Part shown: in pieces, positions 18,028 through 25,991 of the stretch
Numbering within the stretch: position 1 is the stretch's first letter
Layout of the letters: each line of letters begins with the position of its first letter
Assembly (NCBI GenBank): GCA_040384945.1
Contig: JAZKII010000013.1
Span: 1 to 59,723 of the forward strand
From: Pseudomonadota bacterium
Lineage (GTDB): Bacteria; Pseudomonadota; Alphaproteobacteria; Rickettsiales; UBA1997
Reading direction: 5' to 3'
DNA: 59,723 bases
The notes under the pieces: model-generated
Databases searched by the model: none
Told to the model about the DNA's origin: nothing
What the model saw: the letters and a program-made list of their open reading frames with translations, nothing else
Position numbers and translations under genes: made by a program

Positions 18028-18545
18028 GAATTGTCGTTGGTATTGTTATTTTGATTCTTGCGGAAGGCATCAAGGGAAATCACTTTTGCCGACAAGTCAA
18101 TTCCTGCCGCCCCTTTTTCTTTCTTGCCGATTTTATTGGCCTGATTTGACTCACCGAAATCCCCACCTTCGCTTAATTCTTCAATATCGCCATAACTCAT
18201 GCTGAATTTTAAAGCAAAATTCATTGAAGGATCGGCGAAGGAAGTTACTGCTTTGTAAGGGATTGTGAGTTTTTCATATTTGCCGGCGAAGCTTAGGGAA
18301 ATCTTGAAGGAATCATGTTCAACCACCAAACTTTTATATTGGTATTGCACAGCGATGGTCATTTCTTCGTGATATTTTTCGAGCAGGGATTTTGGAATGA
18401 AAACACCAGGAAAGCGCGTCAGGAAAGTGACAATAAAATAATGTTTACCGGGAAGACCGGTTTTTTCGATTTTTTTTAAAGTTTCATAAATTACCGAACG
18501 CATTGAATTTTCGATAATTTCGTCATATCCGATTAAATCTTGCAT
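18024..18545 (-). CDS. sspB: ClpXP specificity-enhancing adaptor SspB (alpha-proteobacterial type)
   Basis: 173 aa. The ...TGLPGKHYFIVTFLT..PGV...EMTIAVQYQY...LSF...FADPSMNF.LKF pattern matches alpha SspB as I recall it. The acidic/flexible C-terminal tail ends in a short basic/polar stretch. Lies immediately downstream of ssrA. Confidence 0.75.
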   Translation of the reverse strand: MQDLIGYDEIIENSMRSVIYETLKKIEKTGLPGKHYFIVTFLTRFPGVFIPKSLLEKYHEEMTIAVQYQYKSLVVEHDSFKISLSFAGKYEKLTIPYKAVTSFADPSMNFALKFSMSYGDIEELSEGGDFGESNQANKIGKKEKGAAGIDLSAKVISLDAFRKNQNNNTNDNS

Positions 18546-18574
18546 GAGAATTTTTACTTGAATCCGTTTATGGA

Positions 18575-19065
18575 AAGTTGCCCGGCTTCTGTTGACAGGC
18601 GCCGGGCGGCCCCGATAAAATCACTTATACTAAGCAGCTAATGCCACTGGAGTAAATTCGAAGTTATCATTAGCAAAGTTGTCGTTTGCATTTACTGTTT
18701 TGAACGGATATTGCGTAAGGCTTGCGCCTCTAGCAACCGGCAGTTTCTCAACCGGGTAAAATCTAGTCCTTTATCGCATGTCGAAAGCTGTGTCACCCCC
18801 CAGGTGCCTAGAACATTCTTTGCCTGCGGCAAAAGAAGATTTTGTAGCGTGGGATGGCCCGCTCCGCCGTCGCCCTTTGGGCTATGGCGGACAGGCAGTC
18901 TTCGCCCTAACGATCTCCGTCTAACAGTCCAGGACAAGCCTGGCCTGCCAGCCGAAGCCCGCAAGGGCGAAGGCTGGAGGTGCTGGGTACTGCCCCCAGG
19001 TCCATGTACGTTTATTACGAAAAGAGTTTATCACCATATTTGGCGAACGAATCCGCCAACGGGAA
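18575..19065 (-). ncRNA. ssrA: tmRNA (ssrA), circularly permuted two-piece type; ends approximate
   Basis: The minus strand shows the tmRNA 5' end GGGGGUGACACAGCUUUCGACAUGCG (from ~18800). It also carries the tag frame GCA AAC GAC AAC TTT GCT AAT GAT AAC TTC GAA TTT ACT CCA GTG GCA TTA GCT GCT TAG, which reads ANDNFANDNFEFTPVALAA-stop (18689->18630). Upstream in the gene is the arm CTGGG-GGCAGTA-CCCAG followed by CACCTCC-A (18999->18975). That 3' strand pairs perfectly with GGGGGTG, including a G3:U70 pair. A TATAAT box lies at 19079->19074. The terminal hairpin is GCCCGGC...GCCGGGC (18607->18580). Confidence 0.85.
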
Positions 19066-19207
19066 TTAATTTAATTATAAAAAAATTTTAAACAAGCTTG
19101 AGGGTGGTTTATTGTAATAAAAATCTGGTATGGCTCAAATCCTTATGAATCACACCGTGAAGATGGGGTGACAAATTTAGAGTTAGTTGGATGAACTATA
19201 ATCATTG

Positions 19208-19328
19208 TCACCGTCGAGAGACCTAGCGCTGGATGGGGTTTGCAACCCCGTCCACATGTTCATGTCATAATTAAAGTTGAACTGAACGTGAAGACGGAGT
19301 TACAAACCTCATCTTGCTCAAGTGGGTC
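19208..19328. repeat. family-1 double-hairpin (REPIN-like) repeat, copy A, partly decayed
   Basis: GCGCTGGATGGGGTTTGCAACCCCGTCCACATGTTCATGTCATAATTAAAGTTGAACTGAACGTGAAGACGGAGTTACAAACCTCATCTT. Same architecture as copies at 32096, 37988 and 50075. An extra degenerate half-copy (CGTGAAGATGGGGTGACAAATTTAG) lies at 19156..19180. Confidence 0.75.
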
Positions 19329-19442
19329 TTTATGTAATAATCCAACTTTCTGCGAGAATAAATTAGAAAATAAATTTTCTTTATTTTAATCTAGCCTCAA
19401 GAAACAAAATCCATTTTTTAAAATTTCCAAAAAACAGCAAAA

Positions 19443-21047
19443 ATGTCTAACGCCAACCTATCTTCCTGCGAATCAAATCCGACCAACAGAAAAAAAGTTA
19501 TTATTCTGGGATCAGGCCCCAACCGTATCGGGCAAGGAATTGAATTTGATTATACCTGCGTTCACGCCGCTTTTGCTTTTAAGGCAGTTGGCATTGAAGC
19601 GATTATGGTAAATTGCAATCCCGAAACAGTGTCAACAGATTATGACACTTCTGATCGTCTTTATTTTGAACCGCTCACCGCTGAAGATACAATCGAGTTG
19701 ATCAAAAAAGAAATGAGCAACGGTGAATTGCTTGGTGTAAACGTACAGTTCGGCGGCCAAACGCCTCTAAGCTTGGCGAAGTTCTTGCAAGATGAAAATA
19801 TTCCAATTATCGGCACTTCTCCCGACATGATTGATTTAGCTGAAGATCGCGATCGCTTCAAAAAACTTTTACAAAAACTGGAATTAAACCAACCCCAAAA
19901 TTACATCGCTTATTCTGCAAAACAGGTAATCGATCAAGTTAATGAAGTGGGATTTCCGGTTGTAGTTCGCCCTTCTTACGTCCTTGGTGGACGCGGCATG
20001 GCGATTGTTTATGATGAAGCTTATTTGATGAAATATTTAGCCGAATATTCTGATGTTTTTGAATCTGGCCCGCTTCTTCTCGATAAATTTTTAACCGATG
20101 CAATCGAAGTTGACGTTGATGCTTTATGCGACGGCGAAGAAGTTTTTGTTGCCGGAATTATGCAACATATCGAAGAAGCCGGAATTCACTCAGGCGACTC
20201 AGCCTGTTCAATTCCGCCATATTCACTTTCACAAAAAATGATTGATGAAGTAAAAGCTGCAACCGTGAAAATGGCTTTGGCTCTAAATGTAAAAGGCTTG
20301 ATGAACGTGCAATATGCCATTCAAAATGACAGGCTTTTTGTTTTAGAAGTTAACCCGCGCGCCTCACGCACCGTGCCTTTCGTGGCTAAAGCAACTAACA
20401 CGCCAATCGCAAAATATGCCTCATTAATTATGATCGGAAAAAAACTTTCCGAGTTTAATTTGAAAGAAAAAAAGTTGGATTATTTCTCAGTAAAAGAAGT
20501 GGTTTTCCCTTTCGCGCGCTTTTCAAATACCGATACAATTTTAGGACCGGAAATGAAATCAACCGGCGAAGTTATGGGAATTGACAAAACTTTCCCACTG
20601 GCTTTCGCCAAGGCACAAATGGCTGCAGGCGTGAAACTTTTAACTGAAGGTTTGGTGTTTTTGTCAGTTAAAGATTCCGATAAAAAATATTTACCTGAGC
20701 TGGCGCAAAAATTAATTAATGTCGGATTTAAAATTGTCGCAACTCGCGGAACCGCGAAATTCCTGGCTGAAAATGATATTGCGGTAACAATCGTAAATAA
20801 AATTACCGAAGATAAACCGCATGTTGTTGATATGATTGATCGCAAAGAAATTGCACTAGTTATCAACACAACTGAAGGCGCGCAAGCAACTAAAGACAGC
20901 TTCTCAATTCGCAGAACTTCTTTGATGCGCGGCGTGAATTATTCAACCACAATTTCTGGCGCTAGAGCTTTAATTGACGCACTTCAAGCCTATAAAGACC
21001 AAGGCTGCAAATTTGAAGTTCGCGCTTTGCAAGATATGAATTCTTAA
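19443..21047 (+). CDS. carB: carbamoyl-phosphate synthase large subunit, C-terminal half only (second ATP-grasp + allosteric/MGS-like domain)
   Basis: 534 aa. Collinear with E. coli CarB from about residue 550 to the end, as I recall the sequence (KVIILGSGPNRIGQGIEFDY, MVNCNPETVSTDYDTSDRLYFEPLT, GPEMKSTGEVMG). No N-terminal half lies upstream; the tmRNA and a repeat are there instead. Confidence 0.9.
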   Translation: MSNANLSSCESNPTNRKKVIILGSGPNRIGQGIEFDYTCVHAAFAFKAVGIEAIMVNCNPETVSTDYDTSDRLYFEPLTAEDTIELIKKEMSNGELLGVNVQFGGQTPLSLAKFLQDENIPIIGTSPDMIDLAEDRDRFKKLLQKLELNQPQNYIAYSAKQVIDQVNEVGFPVVVRPSYVLGGRGMAIVYDEAYLMKYLAEYSDVFESGPLLLDKFLTDAIEVDVDALCDGEEVFVAGIMQHIEEAGIHSGDSACSIPPYSLSQKMIDEVKAATVKMALALNVKGLMNVQYAIQNDRLFVLEVNPRASRTVPFVAKATNTPIAKYASLIMIGKKLSEFNLKEKKLDYFSVKEVVFPFARFSNTDTILGPEMKSTGEVMGIDKTFPLAFAKAQMAAGVKLLTEGLVFLSVKDSDKKYLPELAQKLINVGFKIVATRGTAKFLAENDIAVTIVNKITEDKPHVVDMIDRKEIALVINTTEGAQATKDSFSIRRTSLMRGVNYSTTISGARALIDALQAYKDQGCKFEVRALQDMNS

Positions 21048-21340
21048 TGTCTTTTTTACAAAAAAATTCGGGGCATTTTTTACTTTATGTAAAAGTTACC
21101 CCGAATTCTGCGAAGAATAAAATTGGTGAAAAAGTTATTGATGAAAAAGGTCAGGAATATTTGAAGATTAATGTAACTGCGGTTCCTGAAGATGGTAAAG
21201 CCAATGAAGAAGTAATAAAATTTTTGGCAAAAATTTTAAAAATTCCTAAATCGAAAATTGAAATTTTGCGCGGCGAAACTGCGCGGATAAAAGTAGTAAA
21301 AATTTGTGCAGAAATTGATGAAAATTTTCTAAAAAATTAA
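21047..21340 (+). CDS. DUF167 (YggU) family protein
   Basis: 97 aa. ...VKVTPNSAKNKI...VTAVPEDGKANEEVIKFLAK... pattern. ATG overlaps the carB stop (TAATG). Confidence 0.75.
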   Translation: MSFLQKNSGHFLLYVKVTPNSAKNKIGEKVIDEKGQEYLKINVTAVPEDGKANEEVIKFLAKILKIPKSKIEILRGETARIKVVKICAEIDENFLKN

Positions 21341-22161
21341 ACCTCAATTGTCACTATAACCGGACAATGATCTGAAGCCTTTTCCTGATCTCGCACACCA
21401 CGATCTTCAATCGCAGTTGCAATAATTTTATCCGCTGCTTGTGGCGAAGTTAAAAGATAATCAATTCGCATTCCTTTATTATGCTGCCATGAACCACCGC
21501 GATAATCCCACCAGGAAAATGCCTGGCTGCGCGGGTTTTTAGCGCGATAAGAATCAACAATTCCCATATTTAAAATCGAACGAAATTTTTTGCGCTCATC
21601 AGGATGAAAACAAACTGTTCCATTTAAACTTACAGGATCAAAAACATCAATTTCCTCAACCGCAACATTATAATCACCACCAAAAATCTGCATTTCATCA
21701 AGCTCGAGAAGCTTAGAAAAATGAGACTTCAAGCGCTCAAGAAACTTCATTTTATAAATAAATTTCTGGCTGTTTTCGCGCGCTTCATCAAGCAATAAAT
21801 CTCCACCACCATTGGGTACATAAATTGAAGCAATACGAATTGCTGAATTTCCGACTGAAATTACACCTTCAATATAACGCGCTTGCTCATCAACTTCTCC
21901 ATCCAACATTGGCAAGGCTTTAACTACATCTTCAATTTTAAATTTTGAAAGAATTGCCACGCCATTATAACTTTTTTGTCCTACAACTGCGGCGTTATAA
22001 CCGGCATCAAATATGGCTTCATAAGGAAATTCCGTTTCCACACATTTTAATTCCTGCAATAAAACTACATCAGGATTGGACATTTTTAACCACTCCAAAA
22101 GCCTTGGCAGACGGGCTTTTACAGAGTTTACATTGAAACTAGCAATTTTGATTTGAGGCAT
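21337..22161 (-). CDS. xthA: exodeoxyribonuclease III (AP endonuclease)
   Basis: 274 aa. IASFNVNS, LLQELK and C-terminal SDHCPV motifs of the ExoIII/EEP family. Confidence 0.9.
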   Translation of the reverse strand: MPQIKIASFNVNSVKARLPRLLEWLKMSNPDVVLLQELKCVETEFPYEAIFDAGYNAAVVGQKSYNGVAILSKFKIEDVVKALPMLDGEVDEQARYIEGVISVGNSAIRIASIYVPNGGGDLLLDEARENSQKFIYKMKFLERLKSHFSKLLELDEMQIFGGDYNVAVEEIDVFDPVSLNGTVCFHPDERKKFRSILNMGIVDSYRAKNPRSQAFSWWDYRGGSWQHNKGMRIDYLLTSPQAADKIIATAIEDRGVRDQEKASDHCPVIVTIEV

Positions 22162-22179
22162 TGTTTTTAGTTTATAATT

Positions 22180-24018
22180 CTACGAAATAACGCAACACCC
22201 TCTTGAATTAGCTGCCGATACTGCTGCAGACTCAACCGAAGAACTTGGATGTCTTTCTCTCTCTTGCTCGATCATGAGGTTAATAGTTGCTCTAGCATTA
22301 GCTATTCTCTCTGGATTATTGGAGTGGTCATCAGGCTCTAGCTCATTTAGATAACCTTCAATCGCTTCAAGAAAGGTTTCAACCTTCACTTCCAGAGAAA
22401 CACAATGACTCAATTCTTCTTTTGCGATATTTCCATAGAGTGCATAAAAATCTTGCGAATTCTCATCCATCGGAACAATTCTGATGCCATGCATTTTATC
22501 TCTATCCTCAATCTGTAATATCTCTGGATTTTCAGCAAAACTCTGACTATTACCCTCTGTAACTTTAATACCATTATCTAGAAAAATTTTCTTTAGAACC
22601 TTGATAACACTACCTCTTCCCATAAGCAATCCATCCTCTACTTCTTTCGGAGTCCAGTGAAAACTAAAGCCACTCTCTTTGTGACGAGGTAAAATTTCAC
22701 TCTCATAATTTGGCAATAGTTTCATCAATTGCAAAGTTGGTAATTCAGTAGTTTGGCATCCAGCCGCCATTACATGAAAAACCTTTCCATCTTCATCCAA
22801 AGATTGCAAAGGCCACAACATAATTGAACCTGGCTTCAGAGAAAAATCTTTGACTAATTTCAAAATGCTACCTTCATTTCTGTAGCCAGAATATATAGGA
22901 TTTAATTGCAGAATCGAATCGAGATTCTCTGCGGAAATATTGAATTTATATTCGATTACATCGCCTAACTCGCCCGGCTTTATCTCCAAAAAATCTTTTC
23001 CACTTAATTTCTTGAATCCCAATTGCCTTGACTGAAACTTCAACTGCTCAACAAAATAGCCCGCCTCAATAGAGCTTATAAAACTATGATTATGATCTGG
23101 GTAATAAGATCTGGACTTCTCATAAGTCTCAGTCGAAACAAAAAATGAAACTGAATTATCAGCAAGATTTGAAAGTGCTCGAGGATATTTATTCAGATCC
23201 TTATTCTGAACGCCTTCAGTAATAGAACTCACAAATTGATACCATTCACTTCTGTCATCATGAATATTTCTGCGATCCTGCTGATCATTTAAATATTTAT
23301 ATTCAGGATCTAAAATCTTTAACTCAAACTCATTAGCGCCAGCCTGCAATAAAACATCAACCATCTCCTCATCTCTTCTGTCATGTGCAATAACTAATGC
23401 CGATTTTCCTTCTCTGTCTAATTCATCAATATCAACTCCCGCTTTCAGTAGCGCTTTGATAACCTTGCTTGCGTTACTTTTTTTTTGCTCGCGCAGAGAT
23501 TCTTTTGCCTCATCCATAAATTCTTTCTCATCTTCTTCTTTAAATCTTGTCCAAACGCTAATACTACTACCCTCATCACGCACAATCTTTTCAGGAACAT
23601 CTTCTTCTTTAAACGTTACCTGCTCTCTTTCTATAGTATATGTTCTCACTTGCTCGCCCACAATTTTTCTCTCTCGCTTTGCATCCTGCATTCTCTCGTC
23701 TGCATAATGGTAAATCAGGCTATTTACTCTACCAAATAGCTCCATCAAAGCATTGCGCCCTTGAAGATTTTTAATATCGAGATTTGCACCTTGTTCTAGA
23801 AGCTGTTCTACATATTTCAAATGCTGCAATTGCACAATTGGTAAATGACCTATTTGGTAATCCGCACCAAATTCCCGACAAGCTCTAATCAGCTTAGTAT
23901 CACCATTTTCATCGCATTCATTTATATCGCCTACAACCTCTCCGGTAGAGGAAATCAATTTATTTATAAGAAATTTTCTGTCTCTATCTATTAAATAATC
24001 ATCCGCATATCTAGACAT
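22180..24018 (-). CDS. ankyrin-repeat protein with C-terminal CaaX box (candidate host-prenylated effector)
   Basis: The ORF track starts at TTG 24030; ATG at 24018 is preferred (MSRYADDY...). ANK-like repeats: GDTKLIRACREFG..., LLEQGANLDIKNLQGRNALMEL, LLKAGVDIDELDREGKSALVIAHDRRDEEMVDVLLQAGAN. A ~350-aa C-terminal region is unassigned. The last codons TGT TGC GTT ATT TCG TAG encode C-C-V-I-S-stop. Confidence 0.8.
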   Translation of the reverse strand: MSRYADDYLIDRDRKFLINKLISSTGEVVGDINECDENGDTKLIRACREFGADYQIGHLPIVQLQHLKYVEQLLEQGANLDIKNLQGRNALMELFGRVNSLIYHYADERMQDAKRERKIVGEQVRTYTIEREQVTFKEEDVPEKIVRDEGSSISVWTRFKEEDEKEFMDEAKESLREQKKSNASKVIKALLKAGVDIDELDREGKSALVIAHDRRDEEMVDVLLQAGANEFELKILDPEYKYLNDQQDRRNIHDDRSEWYQFVSSITEGVQNKDLNKYPRALSNLADNSVSFFVSTETYEKSRSYYPDHNHSFISSIEAGYFVEQLKFQSRQLGFKKLSGKDFLEIKPGELGDVIEYKFNISAENLDSILQLNPIYSGYRNEGSILKLVKDFSLKPGSIMLWPLQSLDEDGKVFHVMAAGCQTTELPTLQLMKLLPNYESEILPRHKESGFSFHWTPKEVEDGLLMGRGSVIKVLKKIFLDNGIKVTEGNSQSFAENPEILQIEDRDKMHGIRIVPMDENSQDFYALYGNIAKEELSHCVSLEVKVETFLEAIEGYLNELEPDDHSNNPERIANARATINLMIEQERERHPSSSVESAAVSAANSRGCCVIS

Positions 24019-24026
24019 AACTTTTC

Positions 24027-24473
24027 TCAAATAATTTCTTTCATGAAGTGAAAGCCGCGAATGTGAAAGTCTTCTTTAAAATAGAGAGAATGTGATTTTT
24101 TATTTTCGGTGAATGAATCAAGAACCATCTTTTCACAATTTAATTTTTTGCCGATTTTTTCGATTTCGCGCAGGATTTTTTTACCAATTCCAAATCCTCT
24201 TTTGTCTTCATCAACAATAAAACTTGAAACCTGAATATAACGGCCGCAATAAAGCATACGTAGCACCCAATAACCGGCAACTCCGATTATTTCATCATTC
24301 AAAAAAGCACCGATCATTTTAAAATCATTCATCGCAATCATTTCAGAAATCTGGCTTTGAAAATTTTCCAAAGTCATTTCGCGATATCTTTGCTTGATAA
24401 TCGAATAAGCCAGCAGCATTTCATCCAAATTATTCAGCTCTTTAATCGTGATTTCTTCCGCAATTTTTTCCAT
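24027..24473 (-). CDS. GNAT-family N-acetyltransferase
   Basis: About 148 aa from ATG 24473 (the track starts one codon earlier at TTG). Acetyl-CoA binding motif ...RGFGIGKKILREIEKIGKK.... Confidence 0.8.
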   Translation of the reverse strand: MEKIAEEITIKELNNLDEMLLAYSIIKQRYREMTLENFQSQISEMIAMNDFKMIGAFLNDEIIGVAGYWVLRMLYCGRYIQVSSFIVDEDKRGFGIGKKILREIEKIGKKLNCEKMVLDSFTENKKSHSLYFKEDFHIRGFHFMKEII

Positions 24474-24477
24474 CAAA

Positions 24478-25890
24478 CTAAACTGTTTTTAATTGATCTG
24501 CCAAAGCTGCAGCCCAATAAGTTACTGTTCCGGCGCCGGTACAAAATATGATGTCTCCGGAAGAAATTTGTGGTTTCACAATTTTCGCCAAATCTTTTTC
24601 GGAAGTTAATTTTATCACATTTTTATGACCGGCTTTAGAAATTCCCGTCACTAAATCATCTTGCGTTGCGCCTATAATTGGCGCTTGTCCTGCTGAATAA
24701 ACATCAGCGACGATTACACAATCTGCATCAGAAAATGCGCCACAAAATTCGTTAAATAAATCATGCACGCGCGAATATTTATGTGGTTGGAAAACGCAGA
24801 TAATTTTATGCTTTCCAGCCAATGAACGCGCAGCTTTAAGCGTTGCGGCAATTTCAGTTGGGTGATGGCCATAATCATCAATAATTGCTACACCTTCATA
24901 TTCACCAACTTTGGTGAAACGACGTTTTACACCGTTAAAAGTGTGAAGCGCTTCTTTGATTTTTTCTTCTTTGATTCCTAAAAAATCACCAATCGCAACT
25001 GCCACTAAAGCATTGCTGGCATTGTGTTCGCCATAAATCGGCATTTGGATATCTTGGATTTCGCGACCATCTTTAAACTCAACATCGAACTTAATTCCGC
25101 TGACATCCATTTTAATATTTTTGGCCATCAAATCAGCTTTTTTGCTGATGGAATAAGTAACCAGATTTTTCTTTTCTGATTTTAATTTTTCGTAAATTTT
25201 TTCAACTTCCGGACTGTCAATACAAACTACACAAATTCCCTCATTTGGAATTTGTTTTACATATCTTTCAAAACAGTCTTTTTGCTTGTCAAAACTTCCG
25301 GCATAACCGCTAAATTCAAGATGTTCCGGTTCAATGTTGGTAACCGCGCCAATAAAGCTTGGAAGCTCAACAAAACTGGCATCAGATTCATCAGATTCTG
25401 CAACTAAATATTGGCCTTTTCCGATTTTAGAATTGCTGCCGAAATAATGAATTACGCCGCCATTAATCACCGTTGGATCAAGCCCGCCAATTTCAAGCAT
25501 TAAAGAAACCATGCCGGTAGTGCTGGTTTTGCCATGAGTTCCGGCGATTGTAATGCCTTTATATTCTTTCATAATCAGGCCCAAAAGCTGTGCGCGCGTA
25601 ATCACGGGAATGTTTCTTTCCTGCGCGACTAAAATTTCCGGATTTTCACTTTTGATGATTGAAGTCTGTACAATCAAAGAAACATCGTCAGAAATATTTT
25701 CTCTTTTATGGCCAACAAAATATTCGGCACCTTTATCGCGCAATTTTGGGGTAAGATAATTTTCTGATAAATCTGAGCCTTGAACCGGAATATTTAATTC
25801 GCGCAAAACAAACGCCAGCGCGCTCATGCCGATGCCGCCAAGACCAATAAAGTGGACTTTGCTTTGTTTTTTTAGATCCTGAAAATTCAT
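24478..25890 (-). CDS. murC: UDP-N-acetylmuramate--L-alanine ligase
   Basis: 470 aa. N-terminal GLGGIGMSALA fold and Mur ligase P-loop GTHGKTST. Confidence 0.9.
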   Translation of the reverse strand: MNFQDLKKQSKVHFIGLGGIGMSALAFVLRELNIPVQGSDLSENYLTPKLRDKGAEYFVGHKRENISDDVSLIVQTSIIKSENPEILVAQERNIPVITRAQLLGLIMKEYKGITIAGTHGKTSTTGMVSLMLEIGGLDPTVINGGVIHYFGSNSKIGKGQYLVAESDESDASFVELPSFIGAVTNIEPEHLEFSGYAGSFDKQKDCFERYVKQIPNEGICVVCIDSPEVEKIYEKLKSEKKNLVTYSISKKADLMAKNIKMDVSGIKFDVEFKDGREIQDIQMPIYGEHNASNALVAVAIGDFLGIKEEKIKEALHTFNGVKRRFTKVGEYEGVAIIDDYGHHPTEIAATLKAARSLAGKHKIICVFQPHKYSRVHDLFNEFCGAFSDADCVIVADVYSAGQAPIIGATQDDLVTGISKAGHKNVIKLTSEKDLAKIVKPQISSGDIIFCTGAGTVTYWAAALADQLKTV

Positions 25891-25991
25891 TGGAAATTTT
25901 ATTTTAAATAAGATGATGCGACCACAAGAGGCGCTTGATTTGGCGCAACGTAAAAGTAATGAGTTTATTTGTAAAACTAAAATTCCAAAAA

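Noticed and set aside
19040-19059. Hairpin TTGGCG-GATTCGTT-CGCCAA as the tmRNA T-arm
   Set aside because: It contains a TTCG-like loop, but no sequence able to pair with the GGGGGTG 5' strand follows it. It is more likely part of the 5' region of the acceptor piece.
18575-19065. Possibility that the GC-rich RNA is RNase P RNA or SRP RNA (the motif ACAGAAGCCGGGC near the 3' end resembles the RNase P 3' region)
   Set aside because: No GAGGAAAGTCCGG-type P4 strand and no SRP GGAAGCAGC motif is present. A tmRNA 5' end, an in-frame ...ALAA-stop tag and a matching acceptor strand with G3:U70 are all present.
18692-19091. ORFs of 90 aa (minus) and 126 aa (plus) in the ORF track across the GC-rich island
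   Set aside because: They lie entirely within the tmRNA gene. Their Arg/Pro/Gly-rich translations and mutual overlap are what a GC-rich structured RNA produces in an AT-rich genome.
23478-23486. A9/T9 homopolymer inside the Ank-CaaX gene as a phase-variation switch
   Set aside because: Comparable A/T runs of 8-9 nt occur in housekeeping genes here (for example rnd near 7936 and the rluC-like gene near 41763). The tract is explained by AT-richness and Lys codons, and no evidence of frame switching is visible.
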